A stretch of 61,441 nucleotides of DNA, the filler included, from Hausera hauseri (taxonomy: Eukaryota): the NCBI GenBank assembly GCA_046269625.1. It is 10 parts of 10 records of this genome, joined end to end, with 100 filler letters (N's around TTAATTAATTAA, not from the genome) between each part and the next. Parts side by side here need not be neighbours in the genome. Positions count along the whole stretch, not along the records: positions 1 to 5,990 come from JBJURY010157644.1; positions 6,091 to 12,859 come from JBJURY010067328.1; 8 more parts are not named here. The stretch is one strand, 5' to 3'. Below, in pieces: positions 1 to 12,300 of this stretch. Position 1 is the stretch's first letter. Each line of letters starts with the position of its first letter. Under the pieces are notes generated by a model. That model worked only from the letters and a program-made list of their open reading frames with translations. It did not search any database and was not told the DNA's origin. A program made the position numbers and the translations under genes.

Positions 1-101
1 CCGGGAAACAATACATAGATAAATCCGACATCAGTTCAAGAGCACGTGAAGATGTATCAGAGCATCATACACCCACGGTATTAATCTCTGGTCACCTTGG
101 A

Positions 102-1418
102 TTGAAATTCATAAAAAAGGAAATGATTTCATGTTGCGAAGTAGTGATGTTTACCACTAACTACGAAGCGTTCTTCGTCGCAGAAACGGAGATAAACGCA
201 AAAACATACAACTTGGAAACACAAGACATTCGAATCGAAGATTATCTGAAAAACCGAGATGATTTTTTCTATTATAAAGGACAAGTTGGAATAGCCGAAC
301 TATACCACAAAATGATAACGAACTATTGTAAACTGGATACGGAGATTATGAGGAAAAAGTCAGCTCTTATTTTTGCGAACCCTTAGTTAGTCTCACCGAT
401 TATTCCCATAAGAGAAGGAATTTTCGACCGAGTTACCGGTGAAGTTCTACTAACATATGAATGCGAGAAAAGACACGTACCAATTAATGTCAAGGAGAAA
501 CGATGAATACAAGAACTTCCTGTGATCTATCAGAATACTCCGCACTTAGCCATGCCCCTCACTAGAGTGTTTCTAGACACACAACCTACGATCTTAAAGG
601 ATTGCAAAGCAAGTTTGGGTGAACCAATGTTTAAGCGTAGTGAAAAAGATTGAGTTAGCTTACCCAATGGAGGTGTTACAATCATTCCTAAAAAACTAAC
701 TAAAACTAATTTAGCAAAGGGAATTACTGATGACAAGTTTCAAGATACATCTCAAAAAGGTATTTACAGGCCTAAAGAAATCGAAGCCTTTCGACAATTT
801 CTCGCTTTTCCACGACAGCGTACACACGAGTTTAACCGAGCCATGGCATCAGTAGTAGATGATACCCGATATCAGGCTAAATGGGAATCTTTATTCGGTG
901 TAGATCATTACCAGCGAGTAACCACAAAAATACTCTACAAAATATGGGAAAGATTTTTAATTTTTGGACAAGCTGCATCTGGATTCTTAGCGATTTATTT
1001 TTTGATACAGATAGTGAAGGCGGTAATTCAAGCGATTATAAATGGGTACGAAATATTTACTCTACCAGGATTTTCCTGCAAGATCTTAACCGCAATCATC
1101 ACAACATTCGGTAAAATGCTTGAAGCATACAAAGAAAATCGATGGAAAAATGACGTTGAACGCTATGTCGGCTATCATAATTATAAACGACGAGCAAGAC
1201 CTACATTTTTACTAAAACGCAAAGTTAAGAAATCAACAACACGAAGAAATGACTCCGATGATGACAAGCCTAAGGGAGGAGAAGCAATCCTCAAACAAAA
1301 TAGACATACCATGTATTCGGTAATCAAGGTACCCTTGCCCATCATGCCGCCAACGGCTCCAATATACAAAGATTACGACAGAACATCTATGGTGTCATAC
1401 AAATCGGATTTCTGTTGA
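102..1418 (+). pseudogene. Chuvirus (Jingchuvirales)-like fusion glycoprotein, C-terminal half with TM helix and cytoplasmic tail; in-frame stops
   Basis: Reading through stops in one frame gives FTTNY...GEVLLTYEC...R*IQELPVIY...P-LTRVF...C...PMF...*V...GIYRPKEIEAFRQFLAFP, followed by the hydrophobic segment FLIFGQAASGFLAIYFLIQIV. This matches the GEV-x-Y-x-C, C-x-QELPV and GIY...FP pattern of chuvirus-type G proteins. Confidence 0.75.
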
Positions 1419-1469
1419 AGACCTTTTAGCTATGAGGACCCTTACGAAAAAACAAAACAATACGGAGTA

Positions 1470-4400
1470 TTGAAGAAAATACAGATTACTAATCAACGAC
1501 TAACGGAAAATGACCGTAGGATATTGTACTGGAAGAGAATAGCTCGTAATATAGAGTCAAAATCGACAGTTTGGGGAACACAAGGAAGGAGCTCGTTCCA
1601 AAACCCAATAATACAAAAACCATTAATTAGAAACAATGCGCATAGTGTAGCAATTAACAACTTATACCCTAACGAAGAACTGAAACAGTTGACCGAGAAT
1701 ATCATTTCATCACCAGAAATAACGATAAACGGACACAAGATTTCTTCAATTATGCGACCAAAGGACGTGTCAAGTTGTTATGAAACAGTCATGGAAGGGA
1801 GACCCTTCACGAAAGTTACCAATGAAGATTGGGAAGTCTATGCCATAATCGACATCGGATCAGAGAAATTGTTTATTAAGTTAGAATCAATACCGCCGAC
1901 ACTACGAAAACAACTACAGCCAGCATCGTCGTCAGACCTAGGCAGCATAGGAGCCTTCGGGCAAGAATCCAAACCAAAATTTAAATGGAGTCCATTAGTT
2001 CAATTAATGGGTCAAATTCTTCGATATGAGTTCGCCGTAATGGACCAACTAACCGATGATGTAGTATTAGGTTGCAATATACTGAAACAATTACCCAATA
2101 TTGCAATAAACTTACAGACTGAAAAGTTACTAGAACTCGGACCAGTGAAAGGTATTAAGACAATGAAAGAGAGGAAACTAGGAGAAGTATGGATTTCCGT
2201 TGATGAAAATATTCCGCCCAGAACCGAAATGCTAATTTATGCCCAGATCCGAGAAGAGGACGAACAGCCGGTATATTTTGAGCCACAAGAAAATGTTAAT
2301 CCCAATATCATACTTAGTAACATTTTGACAAGAGTAACGACAGGAAGAGTACCAGTCAGATTAGTTAATAACGCACCAACTCCCGTAAAATTGTACGCCA
2401 ATACTACGTTGGGTCATACTTATAAGGTATGGGCAATAACAATCGAAGAAAAGCCATATAAGTATGTTGAGTTTCCACCTTACGTTGAAACTAAATTTTC
2501 ACCAGAAGCATATTGTCAATTTTACGAATTATTATGCAAATATAAGTCGATTATAGCCCAAAATGAAGAAGATATAGGCAGAGAAAAAACCTTAAGGTTA
2601 ACCATACCAATAAAAAAGAAACCTGGCTCCAACGACGAAATTGATTTGGAAGAGCAAAAGATGCCCAAATGGTATCCACCGCCTCATTCATTAAGGCCCG
2701 AAATAACAAAAGAAATAGAACGTATGTTGAAGGCTGACATAATACGACCAAGCTACCTATCTTGGTACTTGCTAATACTCATGATCAAGAAAAAGCGTAC
2801 CACTAAACATCGATTCTGTATAGATTACCGAGCTCTGAACACGCTTATGATGAAAGACTCATTCCCACTACCGTCGTAAAAGAAGCTCTATACAGATTAT
2901 CAGGAGTGAAATGGTTTACCACACTAGATTTACAATCCGGATACTGGCAAGTGCAAACTGAAGAAGACGATCGTTATAAAACAGCGTTCAAAACGCATGA
3001 CGGAGTCTATGAATTTAACGTCATGCCGTTCGGCATAACAACTGGCCCAGCTATCTTCACCAGAATGATGACTCTATGACGCATTCGCATATCTGGACGA
3101 TGTAATGATAGCATCAAGAACAGAAGAAGAACACCTAAAAGACATCGAAGATACTCTTATGCAATTGGAACAGGCATGATTAAAACGGAACCCAAAGAAA
3201 TGTAAATGGAAACAAAATGCGGTATCCTATCTTGGACATATAGTCGGGAAGGAGGGTCAAAACCAGATAAATCTCTACTAAATAATATATCGGATTGTAT
3301 ATAACCCCAAAATCAGAAAGAATTAAGACATTGGCTAGGCCTATGTGGGCTGTATGCCACTTATGTGCCAGACAATTCGAAAATAAATGCACCATTATAT
3401 CGGCTATTGAAAAAAGAAATCAAATGGAAATAACCCGCTGTGGAACAGAAAGCGTTCGATAAAATAAAGAAAATCCTAACAAGTGAACCAGTGTTGAGAT
3501 ACCCTGATTTCAATTTACCATTTATAATTAAAACAGACGCGAGTAAAGAGGGAATTGATTACGAATTGGCTCAGAAACGAGAGGACGAAGAATTGGAACA
3601 CCCAATTGCATATGGATGTCGATCGCTTAAGAAAGCTGAGAAAAACTATTCTGTCACTAAATTGGAGACACTAACTGTAAAGGAAGATTTAAGGCTCTTC
3701 AATGTTTATGTCTACGGAGAGAAAATCATTATAGTTACTGATCACAAGGCCGTTACAAGGTTAAAAGGACGGGCCAATAACCAGACATGTAGACTAAATC
3801 GGTGGATCGAGGAAATCTCCCGATGCAATATCGAATTTCAATATAAACCGGGAAGTAAACATATTGACGCAGATGCTCTATCAAGACTTAAGACAAAGAC
3901 AAGTACGATTACAACTATGAAGAAAGCCCAACTCGAGGAATTAGTAGAACGACAACGGGCCCTAACACTAAACAAAACAATTAAAATTTCTTCAGAACAA
4001 GCTAAAGACAAAGTCATCCAACAAATAGTCAAATTTGCCGAGCAAGATGAGGTACCAAATGGACGTCAGATAAAGAAACATTTACAAAGACACGGGCATA
4101 AATATTATGCATTGAATCAAGACAGTATTTTATATTACGAACGGAAGGGACGGAAACTGGTAGTTATTCCAAAGGGATTACGAACGGAAGTATTAATGGC
4201 CGAACACGATTCACATTTAGCTGGACACATGTCATGGAAGAAAACATTAGAAAAGATATTGAAAAAGTATTACTGGCCAAGTGTATATATCGATGTAAAA
4301 ATTGGGTGGACGCTTGTGAAGTCTGTGCGACAAAACAAAAGAAAGTGAAAAACTACATAGCAGAATTAAAACCGATTGACGTACCATACAGACCTATGCA

Positions 4401-5190
4401 GGCTATGTCTATGGATATAGTAGGACCTTTAACTACGACCCATAAAAATAACAAATACATTTTGACATGCGTGGACCGATTAACACATTTCGTTAAATTA
4501 ATTGCACTAACTGACCAGAAGGCAGAAACTTTAGCAGGCGCAGTAGTAAGGAAAGTTATTTGCAAAGGACCAAAAAGTCTGGGACGAATTTTTAGAAGGA
4601 ACGCAATTTGCTATAAATACTATTCCACATCCCGCCACAGGATTTACACCATTTTTTATGATGTATGGGCGCGAAGCGATATTACCCACGGACTTAGGGA
4701 TGACTCCGTATAACGCAAATCCAGAAGATTTAGAACCCAACTTCGCAGAAGTCTTGCAAATAAGGTTAAAAAATGTTGGGATATAGCGAAAAACCTCACT
4801 CTTGAGTATCAAGAGCAGTTTAAGAAACAATATGATAAGAAGGCCAAACCTCACGATTTAGAAAAAGAAAACTGGGTCTACGTGCACTATCCAGTCGCAA
4901 AGAAAGGTACGTTATTAAAACTTACTCGTACTGGACGAGGGCCTTACGAAGTTATTCGAACCACGCCAACTACTGTTTACATTAATAAAAACGGCAAAGA
5001 AGTAGTATTTATAAAAAGAGTTGTTAAAACAGAAATAAAACCAGAAAAACGTTACAATTTGCGATCTAGCTCGAATCAAGACAATAGGAAAACAAGAACA
5101 TCCTCTATGGTTAATAGGCCAATATCTTACGTACAGATAATATTAACATTATCATTATTCGCCTCTTATGTTCCCCAAACCCAAGCGTAA
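1470..5190 (+). mobile_element. pol: Degenerate Ty3/Gypsy pol: protease, dUTPase-like spacer, RT, RNase H, integrase
   Basis: Protease AIIDIGS; RT RFCIDYRALN...DSFPLP, LDLQSGYWQV, MPFG, YLDD; RNase H IKTDAS...AEKNYS...VTDHK...ADALSR; integrase H-x6-GH...C-x2-C, MDIVGP and GPY. Order PR-RT-RH-IN; several stops and frameshifts. Confidence 0.93.
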
Positions 5191-5990
5191 TGTGGGATGA
5201 TAGCGAATCTAGTTTAACAGATGTATATGGCATTAGCAAAAATGGAAGGCAAGCCAAAATTAAAGAGGAACAACAACACCTGGAAGGACGAAAAGACGTG
5301 GAAAATCTAAAAACAATGAAAGCCTATGACGCAGATTGGAAAAAGCCCTGTATTTGGTTTAAAACCAACAAAGCTACCAGAGAATATATGAAAATTCGTA
5401 TTAAGTTTACCGATCAAAATAGTGAAGGGATAAAAGATTGTGAGTTTGGATATTGAATTTATAGAAAATGTTGCGAACTAGATTTCGGCCGAACATACAG
5501 ATATACAATACTTATGTATTATTAGCCCTATGAAATCATCCGAGCGGACATACAACCTCAGATTGAAATAGTTATGCCCAAGCAATCTCTAACCGATGAC
5601 GTAAAATTATCCGACATAGTTCAAAGCACTGACCCTCAAATTAGATTATTATATGAAAATATAATTGAAGTTTCCAAGGATTTGGAACACGCATGTATCC
5701 AGATTAGAACCAAAACAAGACTAACCGAATCCTATCAGATCTGGGTCCAATTTATACCGTATGAAGAAACAAATCCGCCAGCAGAATACTGCGCTATTAG
5801 CCGATGGAACCCAAAGCCATGCTGTAAAATATCCAAAGGGTACAATTACGAAATACAATTCGACCTATATAAGGTCAGACCAAATCCGCCAAGTATATAC
5901 TTAAGAGGATATCGCTTAGGCAGACGAAATTGAAAGATCCCAATTAAAACGATGACAACGACTAGTACTACTGCAAAAATCGTCACGACG
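5107..5990 (+). pseudogene. Broken ORF(s) after integrase beginning with a signal-peptide-like segment; possible second env-like or accessory gene
   Basis: Integrase ends in RYNLRS, then MVNRPISYVQIILTLSLFASYVPQTQA (hydrophobic core, QA end), then Cys/Trp-containing fragments. No family recognised. Confidence 0.35.
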
Positions 5991-6090
5991 NNNNNNNNNN
6001 NNNNNNNNNNNNNNNNNNNNNNNNNNNNNNNNNNTTAATTAATTAANNNNNNNNNNNNNNNNNNNNNNNNNNNNNNNNNNNNNNNNNNNN
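5991..6090. other. Artificial contig-joining spacer (N44-TTAATTAATTAA-N44); the same spacer occurs at 12860-12959, 19246-19345, 24462-24561, 30512-30611, 37812-37911, 48237-48336, 53077-53176 and 57367-57466
   Basis: Nine identical 100-nt blocks whose core gives stop codons in all six frames. Adjacency across them has no biological meaning. Confidence 0.98.
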
Positions 6091-9000
6091 TCTACCTCGA
6101 CCTTGTTTGGTAAATATGGGACCAGCATAATCTATTCCTACTTTATCGAAGGCCCTTAACGGTTCTTCCAATCGAAATTCTGGAATCGGTGCCATTTGAA
6201 CTTTTACCCCCTTAGCATTATATCCTCTGCATGTCCTGCAATACGCGTTGTAACCTTTGACCAACCTCCTTAACCTGGGAATCCAGTACCTTTGTGAAAC
6301 CTCTGCTATTTGCTGATTTATTCCCCCACAAAACTTTAACTTTATATGATAGTGTTCTACGATTAATTTTGCTAATTTTCCTTTGTTGGATAGCATTACT
6401 AGGTATTTAAACTCCCACAGCAAGAATTCACTTGTTATTAACCTACTATTACGTCTAATTAGTCCATCCTCTGTAATTACGTGGTTAGCTTTTCTAATCA
6501 AACTCCTTACTTTTAGTTCTACTCCTTTTTCCAATGTTTTCAACTCTTCACGTAATTCTTTCTTTTGATCCTCCTTCAATAACAGTACTCTAGCTTTGTT
6601 GAATAACTGACTTTCATCCTCCTCATTTTGGTCGTTCGTTTGGTTGTTTTTCAATTCTTTAACTTTCATGATTATAAGTTGGCTCCATCTTGAGTTCTCT
6701 TGCTCTGTTTTCTCAAAGATAGTTCGTTCAGACGAAATTCTCTTTTGCAACGTTAATTTTTTCTTTTCTTTATCGAATCCTTCTTTAATAGTCGGTTGTA
6801 TAGGCCAACTTTCCTCTGGTTGTACTAAAACTTCCGGTCCATGTCACCATAACTGGTTCTCAGCTAGTTGAATTATTGTGGAACCCCTAGTTAAAACGTC
6901 TGCAGGGTTAATTTTCGTCGGAATATACCTCCACTGGGCTCCTTTTGACTTTTCTTGAATATAACTAATCCTATTCGCTACGAAAGTTTTGTATAGTTTT
7001 CAATGTTGTCTCACCCAGTGTAGTACGCCCATACTGTCGCTCCAATAACATAACTTCTTGTTGTCGTACTTTAGTGCAGTCGAAATCTTCTGTCCTACTT
7101 TTACTCCTGTCACCTCAGCTAGTAACTCTAATCGCGGTACTGAAACCACCTTTGTTGGCGATATTTTACTTTTCGCTACTACTATGTTGCTGGTTCTTCT
7201 ATCCCCTATAGTGACCAAGTAAACAACGGCTCCATAGGCATCTTTGGACGCATCACAGAATATATGTATTTCATATGGTGACTGAGCGGCTATTAGTACA
7301 CGTCTTATTCAAACTTTATCTAAATCTTGTTGTTCCGATACCCATTCTTTCGCCTTTTGATTAAGTGGTCTGGGAGTTGTTTGTCCCAATCTGCGCCATG
7401 CATCCACATCTCTTGTATAATCAACTTCCTTTTCATTAAGTAACTACTGAGAAACCCTAATGAATCAAATATTCTAGCTACTGAGCTCAAAAATTTTCTT
7501 TTTGTAGTAATTTCCTCTGATTGGACTCTTTTATCAAAGGTGAATACATCACTATTAGCATTCTATTTCATACCTAGCGTTTTTGTCTTCATCTCCTCAT
7601 CTACAATCTGATAACATGCAGATCTTTCATCTTCCGGTATGATTTCTCGCAATCTCTCGGAATTTGAGACCCATTTTCTCGCTGACATGCTGGCCTGACT
7701 CCCCAACCATTTTATATCACGGTACATCTTTACTGCCTCCTCTTCTGTTCTAACAGACACCAAGCTGTCATACATGTACGTCGCGTTTTTAACAACCCAT
7801 GCCGCTTCAGGTACACGCTCTGTGTGTTTTTTGGAGTTTACACGACTTACTAATTGTGCTAAGTATGGTGATGTATTTAATCCAAATACTAATCTTTGAA
7901 ATTCATAGACTTTCTCGCTATTTCCTTCCTTCCAAAGAAATCTTAAGTATTTTTGGTCTTCCTGTGCAACCCTAATTTGTAGAAACATTTTTGTAATGTC
8001 ACATACCATAGCAATTTCATATTTTCTAAACCTGATTAATATATCTACTAAGCCTAACTGCAACTTTGGTCCTTGGTGGATCATGTCATTCAAACTAATA
8101 CTCATACTTTTTGATGCTGCATCAAACACTATTCTAATTTTTGTTGTTTCTGCATCTCTTCTTACGACCGGAAAATGTGGTCAAATCCACCCCGTTGTAT
8201 TGGTTTTCAGTTCGTCTGTGACGTTCTTGATATACACCTTCCTTTCGTGCTCGTCTATTTGGTTCTGGTACCCCTCCTTCAAGTTCAAATCCTTTTCTAG
8301 TTTGTTCTCTAGCAACAATAACCGTCTCCTAGCAATTCTGTTGTTATCCGGCAACTCTTGTGGGTCTTTCTTCCATGGAATTTTGACTTCGTACCTGTGA
8401 TTAACGTACCTCATATCTCCCTTAGATCTCTATATTATTCCATCTTCTTCCTCTGTCCACTGTTGGTTCTTTTCGAACATATCTTCTAGTCTCCATAACC
8501 GCTCTAAATCATCCTTTAATTCTTCTCCACTTGAGAAGAAACATTTAATAAAGTTGGTTCGCTTCTGCAATGATCTCGTTGTTGATATTGGTCCGATACA
8601 GGTCCACCCTAGTGGTGTTAATCGAGCTACAGGTTCTCCTTCCTTCCCGGATATTTCTCTAATCGCTCGGTGAAGGTGACTATAATTTACTCCTATTAAA
8701 CCATCAACCTTCCCTGGCTTTATCACATTTGGAAAAGGTATCCCCTTTAAATGGTTCCATTTGTTTCTCTATATATTCCAATTGGTCGCGCTTAAATTAC
8801 CTACAACATTTTCGGTTGTCAGTGCTGAGATCTTCACTTTTAACTTTCTATTTAGACTATAGAGGTGAAATTCGATTCTTGCTGCGCTTCTCCTCTTCTT
8901 CTTACCACCTAAGACCTCTACCGATATCGATTATGGCTCCTGTTCTAACCGAAACCTTTCTGCTACTGAAGTACTAATGTAACTGTCAGTGCTAGCATCA

Positions 9001-9281
9001 TCTAGTAAAACATTGATCTTTTCTTCATACTCCCCGTTGCAAACAATCACCGGTATTGTCCTCAACGACACTTCATCTTTCTCTTCTGTGCTATGTCTTC
9101 CTGTTACATAACTCTTGTTTTGATCTTTCTTAAATTTTTCTGATTCATTTGAACTTCTGTCGCTTCCACTTTGTGAGGATTCTCGTAACTTGTCCGGTTT
9201 AATGCTATGTGACGTATGACTTCGATTACTAGTTCATCCAACTTGCTTTTCGCTCTTCTGCGAGAATGATTCTGTAGTTTC

Positions 9282-9434
9282 ATGCGCGAACTGACATTTA
9301 TCGCCGTTTCTGCAATTTTCCTGTTGATAATATTTGCATAGCTTGTTTCTGTTTTCCTTCTTTTCTTCCTTACTTTCGTATGAATATTTACATTTCTTCC
9401 CGAAAGTGCAATTCCCTTTTGCGAACTCCCAACA
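9282..9434 (-). other. Tandem CCCH-type zinc fingers in BEL/Pao Gag
   Basis: Manual translation gives CWEFAKGNCTFGKKCKYSY and CKYYQQENCRNGDKCQFAH (C-x7-C-x5-C-x3-H). The first finger has Tyr at the His position. Confidence 0.85.
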
Positions 9435-10545
9435 CGCTCCTTTAGTAATTGGGAACTTCTTGACCCCAGTAAAGTGACTGTAATGCTGATTTACCCTTTT
9501 TCTTCTGTACCCTGACTTTAGCGGTGCTCGTGGCCTTGGAAATGTTTATAATCATTAGTTTTCGCATATTCTCGCTCTCTTTTCTCTAATACATCTATTC
9601 CATGCGCGGATTCCTCTGATACACGGTGAATATGGGCATCTTCTTCCAACCAATATTTTAATTCGCTTATAACTTCTTCTTTACAGTAACTTCGCCGGTA
9701 CCTTTCCCATTGACTTATTAATGTCTCCGGTAACTTCTCTAGTATAATTTTATATAGTAGCCCACTATCAAGGTCATTCTCTTTGTTTAGGTTTCTAAGT
9801 CGCACAACAACGGCTTCCAATAATGATACTAAGTTGTCTATCTGCTTGACATTATTCAGCTTTACTTTCTCGAACTTTCGAATTTCATCTATCAACGCAG
9901 CGAAATTTCTTTGCTTTCCACCATAACACCTTTCGAGTTTCTGCAGTACTGTTTCGTACGATGTTTCGCTGATCCCAAAATTTGCCACTAACTTCTTTGC
10001 TTCACCACTAAGACAAACCTCTAATTTTATCTGCTTTTCTACTGCTGATACTGGAGTTCGATGTACACAAACTTCAAACGTTTGCCTCCATTTTTCGTAA
10101 TCAGCTACGTGTCCACTAAATTTTGGCAATTCTACACTACTAAAGCGAGGACACAAATTATCTGTAACTGAAGTCTCCGTGGTTTTTTGTCGACTTCTTT
10201 CCTGTTCGCTCCGATTAGCGGCTATACACCGTAATCCTGCCACTGCATCGGCATTTAGTTGACTTAGGACCTCTCTAGTTCGTCATTTCTGTTTTGTAGT
10301 TTCGCCATGATTTGGAGCTCCAATATTTCCGACACTGTTTGTTCATACGTGTCACAAAATTCGTCGTAGGTCTTTCGAAGTTCTTCCCCTGAATTATCCA
10401 CGTATAATTTCCCGTGCATATTTTCTAATTGTGACTTCAATTTGTCCTTCATCAGAAATCTCGTCTCGAATTCTTTTGTTAATCGCTTTGTGTTTTCTGA
10501 ACTAGCCTTAAGTTTTTTCTCATAATTTTTGCTGGAGAGTTTGCT

Positions 10546-10767
10546 TCCTCCTTTAAGACTAAGGACTAGATGCACAGTAGCTCCATGCGTGAGATTCTCC
10601 ACGTCTTCATCGGTCATTATTCTCCTTTCTCGATAGAATAACCTCAGTAAATCCGCTGGTATTTTCGATTTTATTTTTATTTCGGTAAGCAACTCGTTTA
10701 AAGATTTGACTTTCTCTAAGTTTATTTCCATTAACGTACCTTCTCTTAATTTTATAAATAGCTGTTT
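10546..10767 (-). other. Ubiquitin-like domain at the N-terminus of BEL/Pao Gag
   Basis: The 74 aa KQLFIK...IPADLLRLFY...ATVHLVLSLKGG aligns colinearly with ubiquitin MQIFVK...IPPDQQRLIF...STLHLVLRLRGG. Confidence 0.88.
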
Positions 10768-11769
10768 AAGATTTCTATTTGTTGTCGTAGTTCCCTCAAA
10801 TTTCTCTGACAATTTGGGAAGCGTGATTTAAATTTTCTATCTTCTTGATTATGCCCTCTTCTCCTAGCCTATATCATTCTTTTCCTCCTTATGTTCTTTT
10901 GAATAACGTATGTCTCTTCTTCTCATTATTTTATTATTTAGCCGGGTTCCTTCTAGATCCATGGCCACTATACATTAAATCGAAAGGGACTCTGCACCAG
11001 ACGTCCAAGGCAGCATCATCAACACGGAACTCAAACTATTTTCCCATTTGTTTACTCTTATTTGGCTAGCTGGGTTCACGGTTTGGTTTTTGCCGCAAAC
11101 AAATGAAAAAACTTTAAACCATTCAAAGAGGAAGATCCGAACACAAGGAAGGTGGAAGGATACCTCGAAAGAACAAAGAGCCGTGATCGCTACTTGCATA
11201 TCAGGGTGCAGAGCAGCAACCACGCTCTGCTACCATATGATGATGAATCTATATAGATATTATTTCGCGTAAGTACCTCAAGATCGAATATATCCCCTGT
11301 TAAGTAAATCTTTCTTTCCATGACACCATTATTCCTGTCAGATCTCGAGGTGCCATTGATGATTTCCGCGAACTCACATATCCCTAAACCCATCTCGATT
11401 CCCATAAGGCCCAATTCCCAGGTCCGTTTCTCTTTTATTACCCCTTTTATTTTCGACTTTGATCCCACAAAATACGATCCATAAAGTCGATTGAATTCCC
11501 CAAAAGTGTTTATCATTATATAAAAATATAAAAAAACATTTAATTGCATATAAAAAAGACATTTACGTTACTTTTTGCACTATACATGGCCATTTTTATC
11601 GGAGTGCCCCTCTCCGGGGAAATATATCCACCTTTAAAAACTAAATTCCATACAAGCACACCGATTTTATCAATCATTCTGACAACAGAGCCCAGTCTGA
11701 CATTCAGTAACCCAGAATAACAATAACGAGAACTAACAATAATATTTAAATAACACTGGAATACCTTCA

Positions 11770-12300
11770 ACAGAAATGTGCATGATTTATAACCCGGTTT
11801 TGCAAACTTTTTTCTAGTATTCACTGCACCAGAATGAGTACCATATTTGAGAAGAACAAAATCTCGATACCAATTAGATTTCATATCCCCACTACCAATC
11901 TTAGCAGCAAAAATAACAACTTCTTTTAAACAATCTGTATATTCTCTAAGACCAAGCATAATTTCCTCCCTATTTTTATCACTCGGTATCTTTGCTACAA
12001 ACAAATGAAGATCTGGAGTAGACCGATGCACTCTTATTCTTTTTCTAGGTCGGATTTTTTTGTTGTCCAACATATCTCTGCATTTTATAGCATACTCTTT
12101 TATCTTGTACATAACAAGTGCAAATCTTCTCTTTCTTATTACTTTTGACGAATACACATAATACGTTTCAAGCATAAGTGACAATCCATAAGTGCAATTT
12201 TCTCAAATCATTTTCAATAAGTTTCATGGAAAGATTTGGTAAAAATTCACTCCAATCTGGTGGTGGATCATAATGAATTTTCTTTGATTTGAAAATGCAT
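11770..12300 (-). pseudogene. Diverged hnRNP Q/R (SYNCRIP)/A1CF-family RRM gene fragment
   Basis: KIHYDPPPDW; FALVMY...LDNKKIRPRKRIRVHRS; LFVAKIPSDKNREEI...YTDCLKEVVIF...RDFVLLKYGTHSGA parallels hnRNP R RRM1-RRM2 (LFVGSIPKSKTKE...RGFCFLEYEDHKTA). Frameshifted. Confidence 0.65.

Larger units (their letters stand above)
6091..10812 (-). mobile_element. Degenerate BEL/Pao LTR retrotransposon (Ubl-gag, PR, RT, RNase H, IN), truncated at the contig start
   Basis: Gag VELPKFSG (DUF1759-like); protease VLLDDAS and TPLGW; RT KIRIVFDAA, SLND, CDITKMFLQI, FGLNTSP; RNase H FCDAS...AYG, AKSKISP, SVPRLEL, WSDS, FVANRI; integrase GIDYAGP. These are BEL/Pao hallmarks. Confidence 0.93.

Noticed and set aside
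384-1418. Alternative genetic code or programmed readthrough explaining the in-frame stops
   Set aside because: Stops of all three types occur along with frameshifts and catalytic-site substitutions, which fits ordinary decay.
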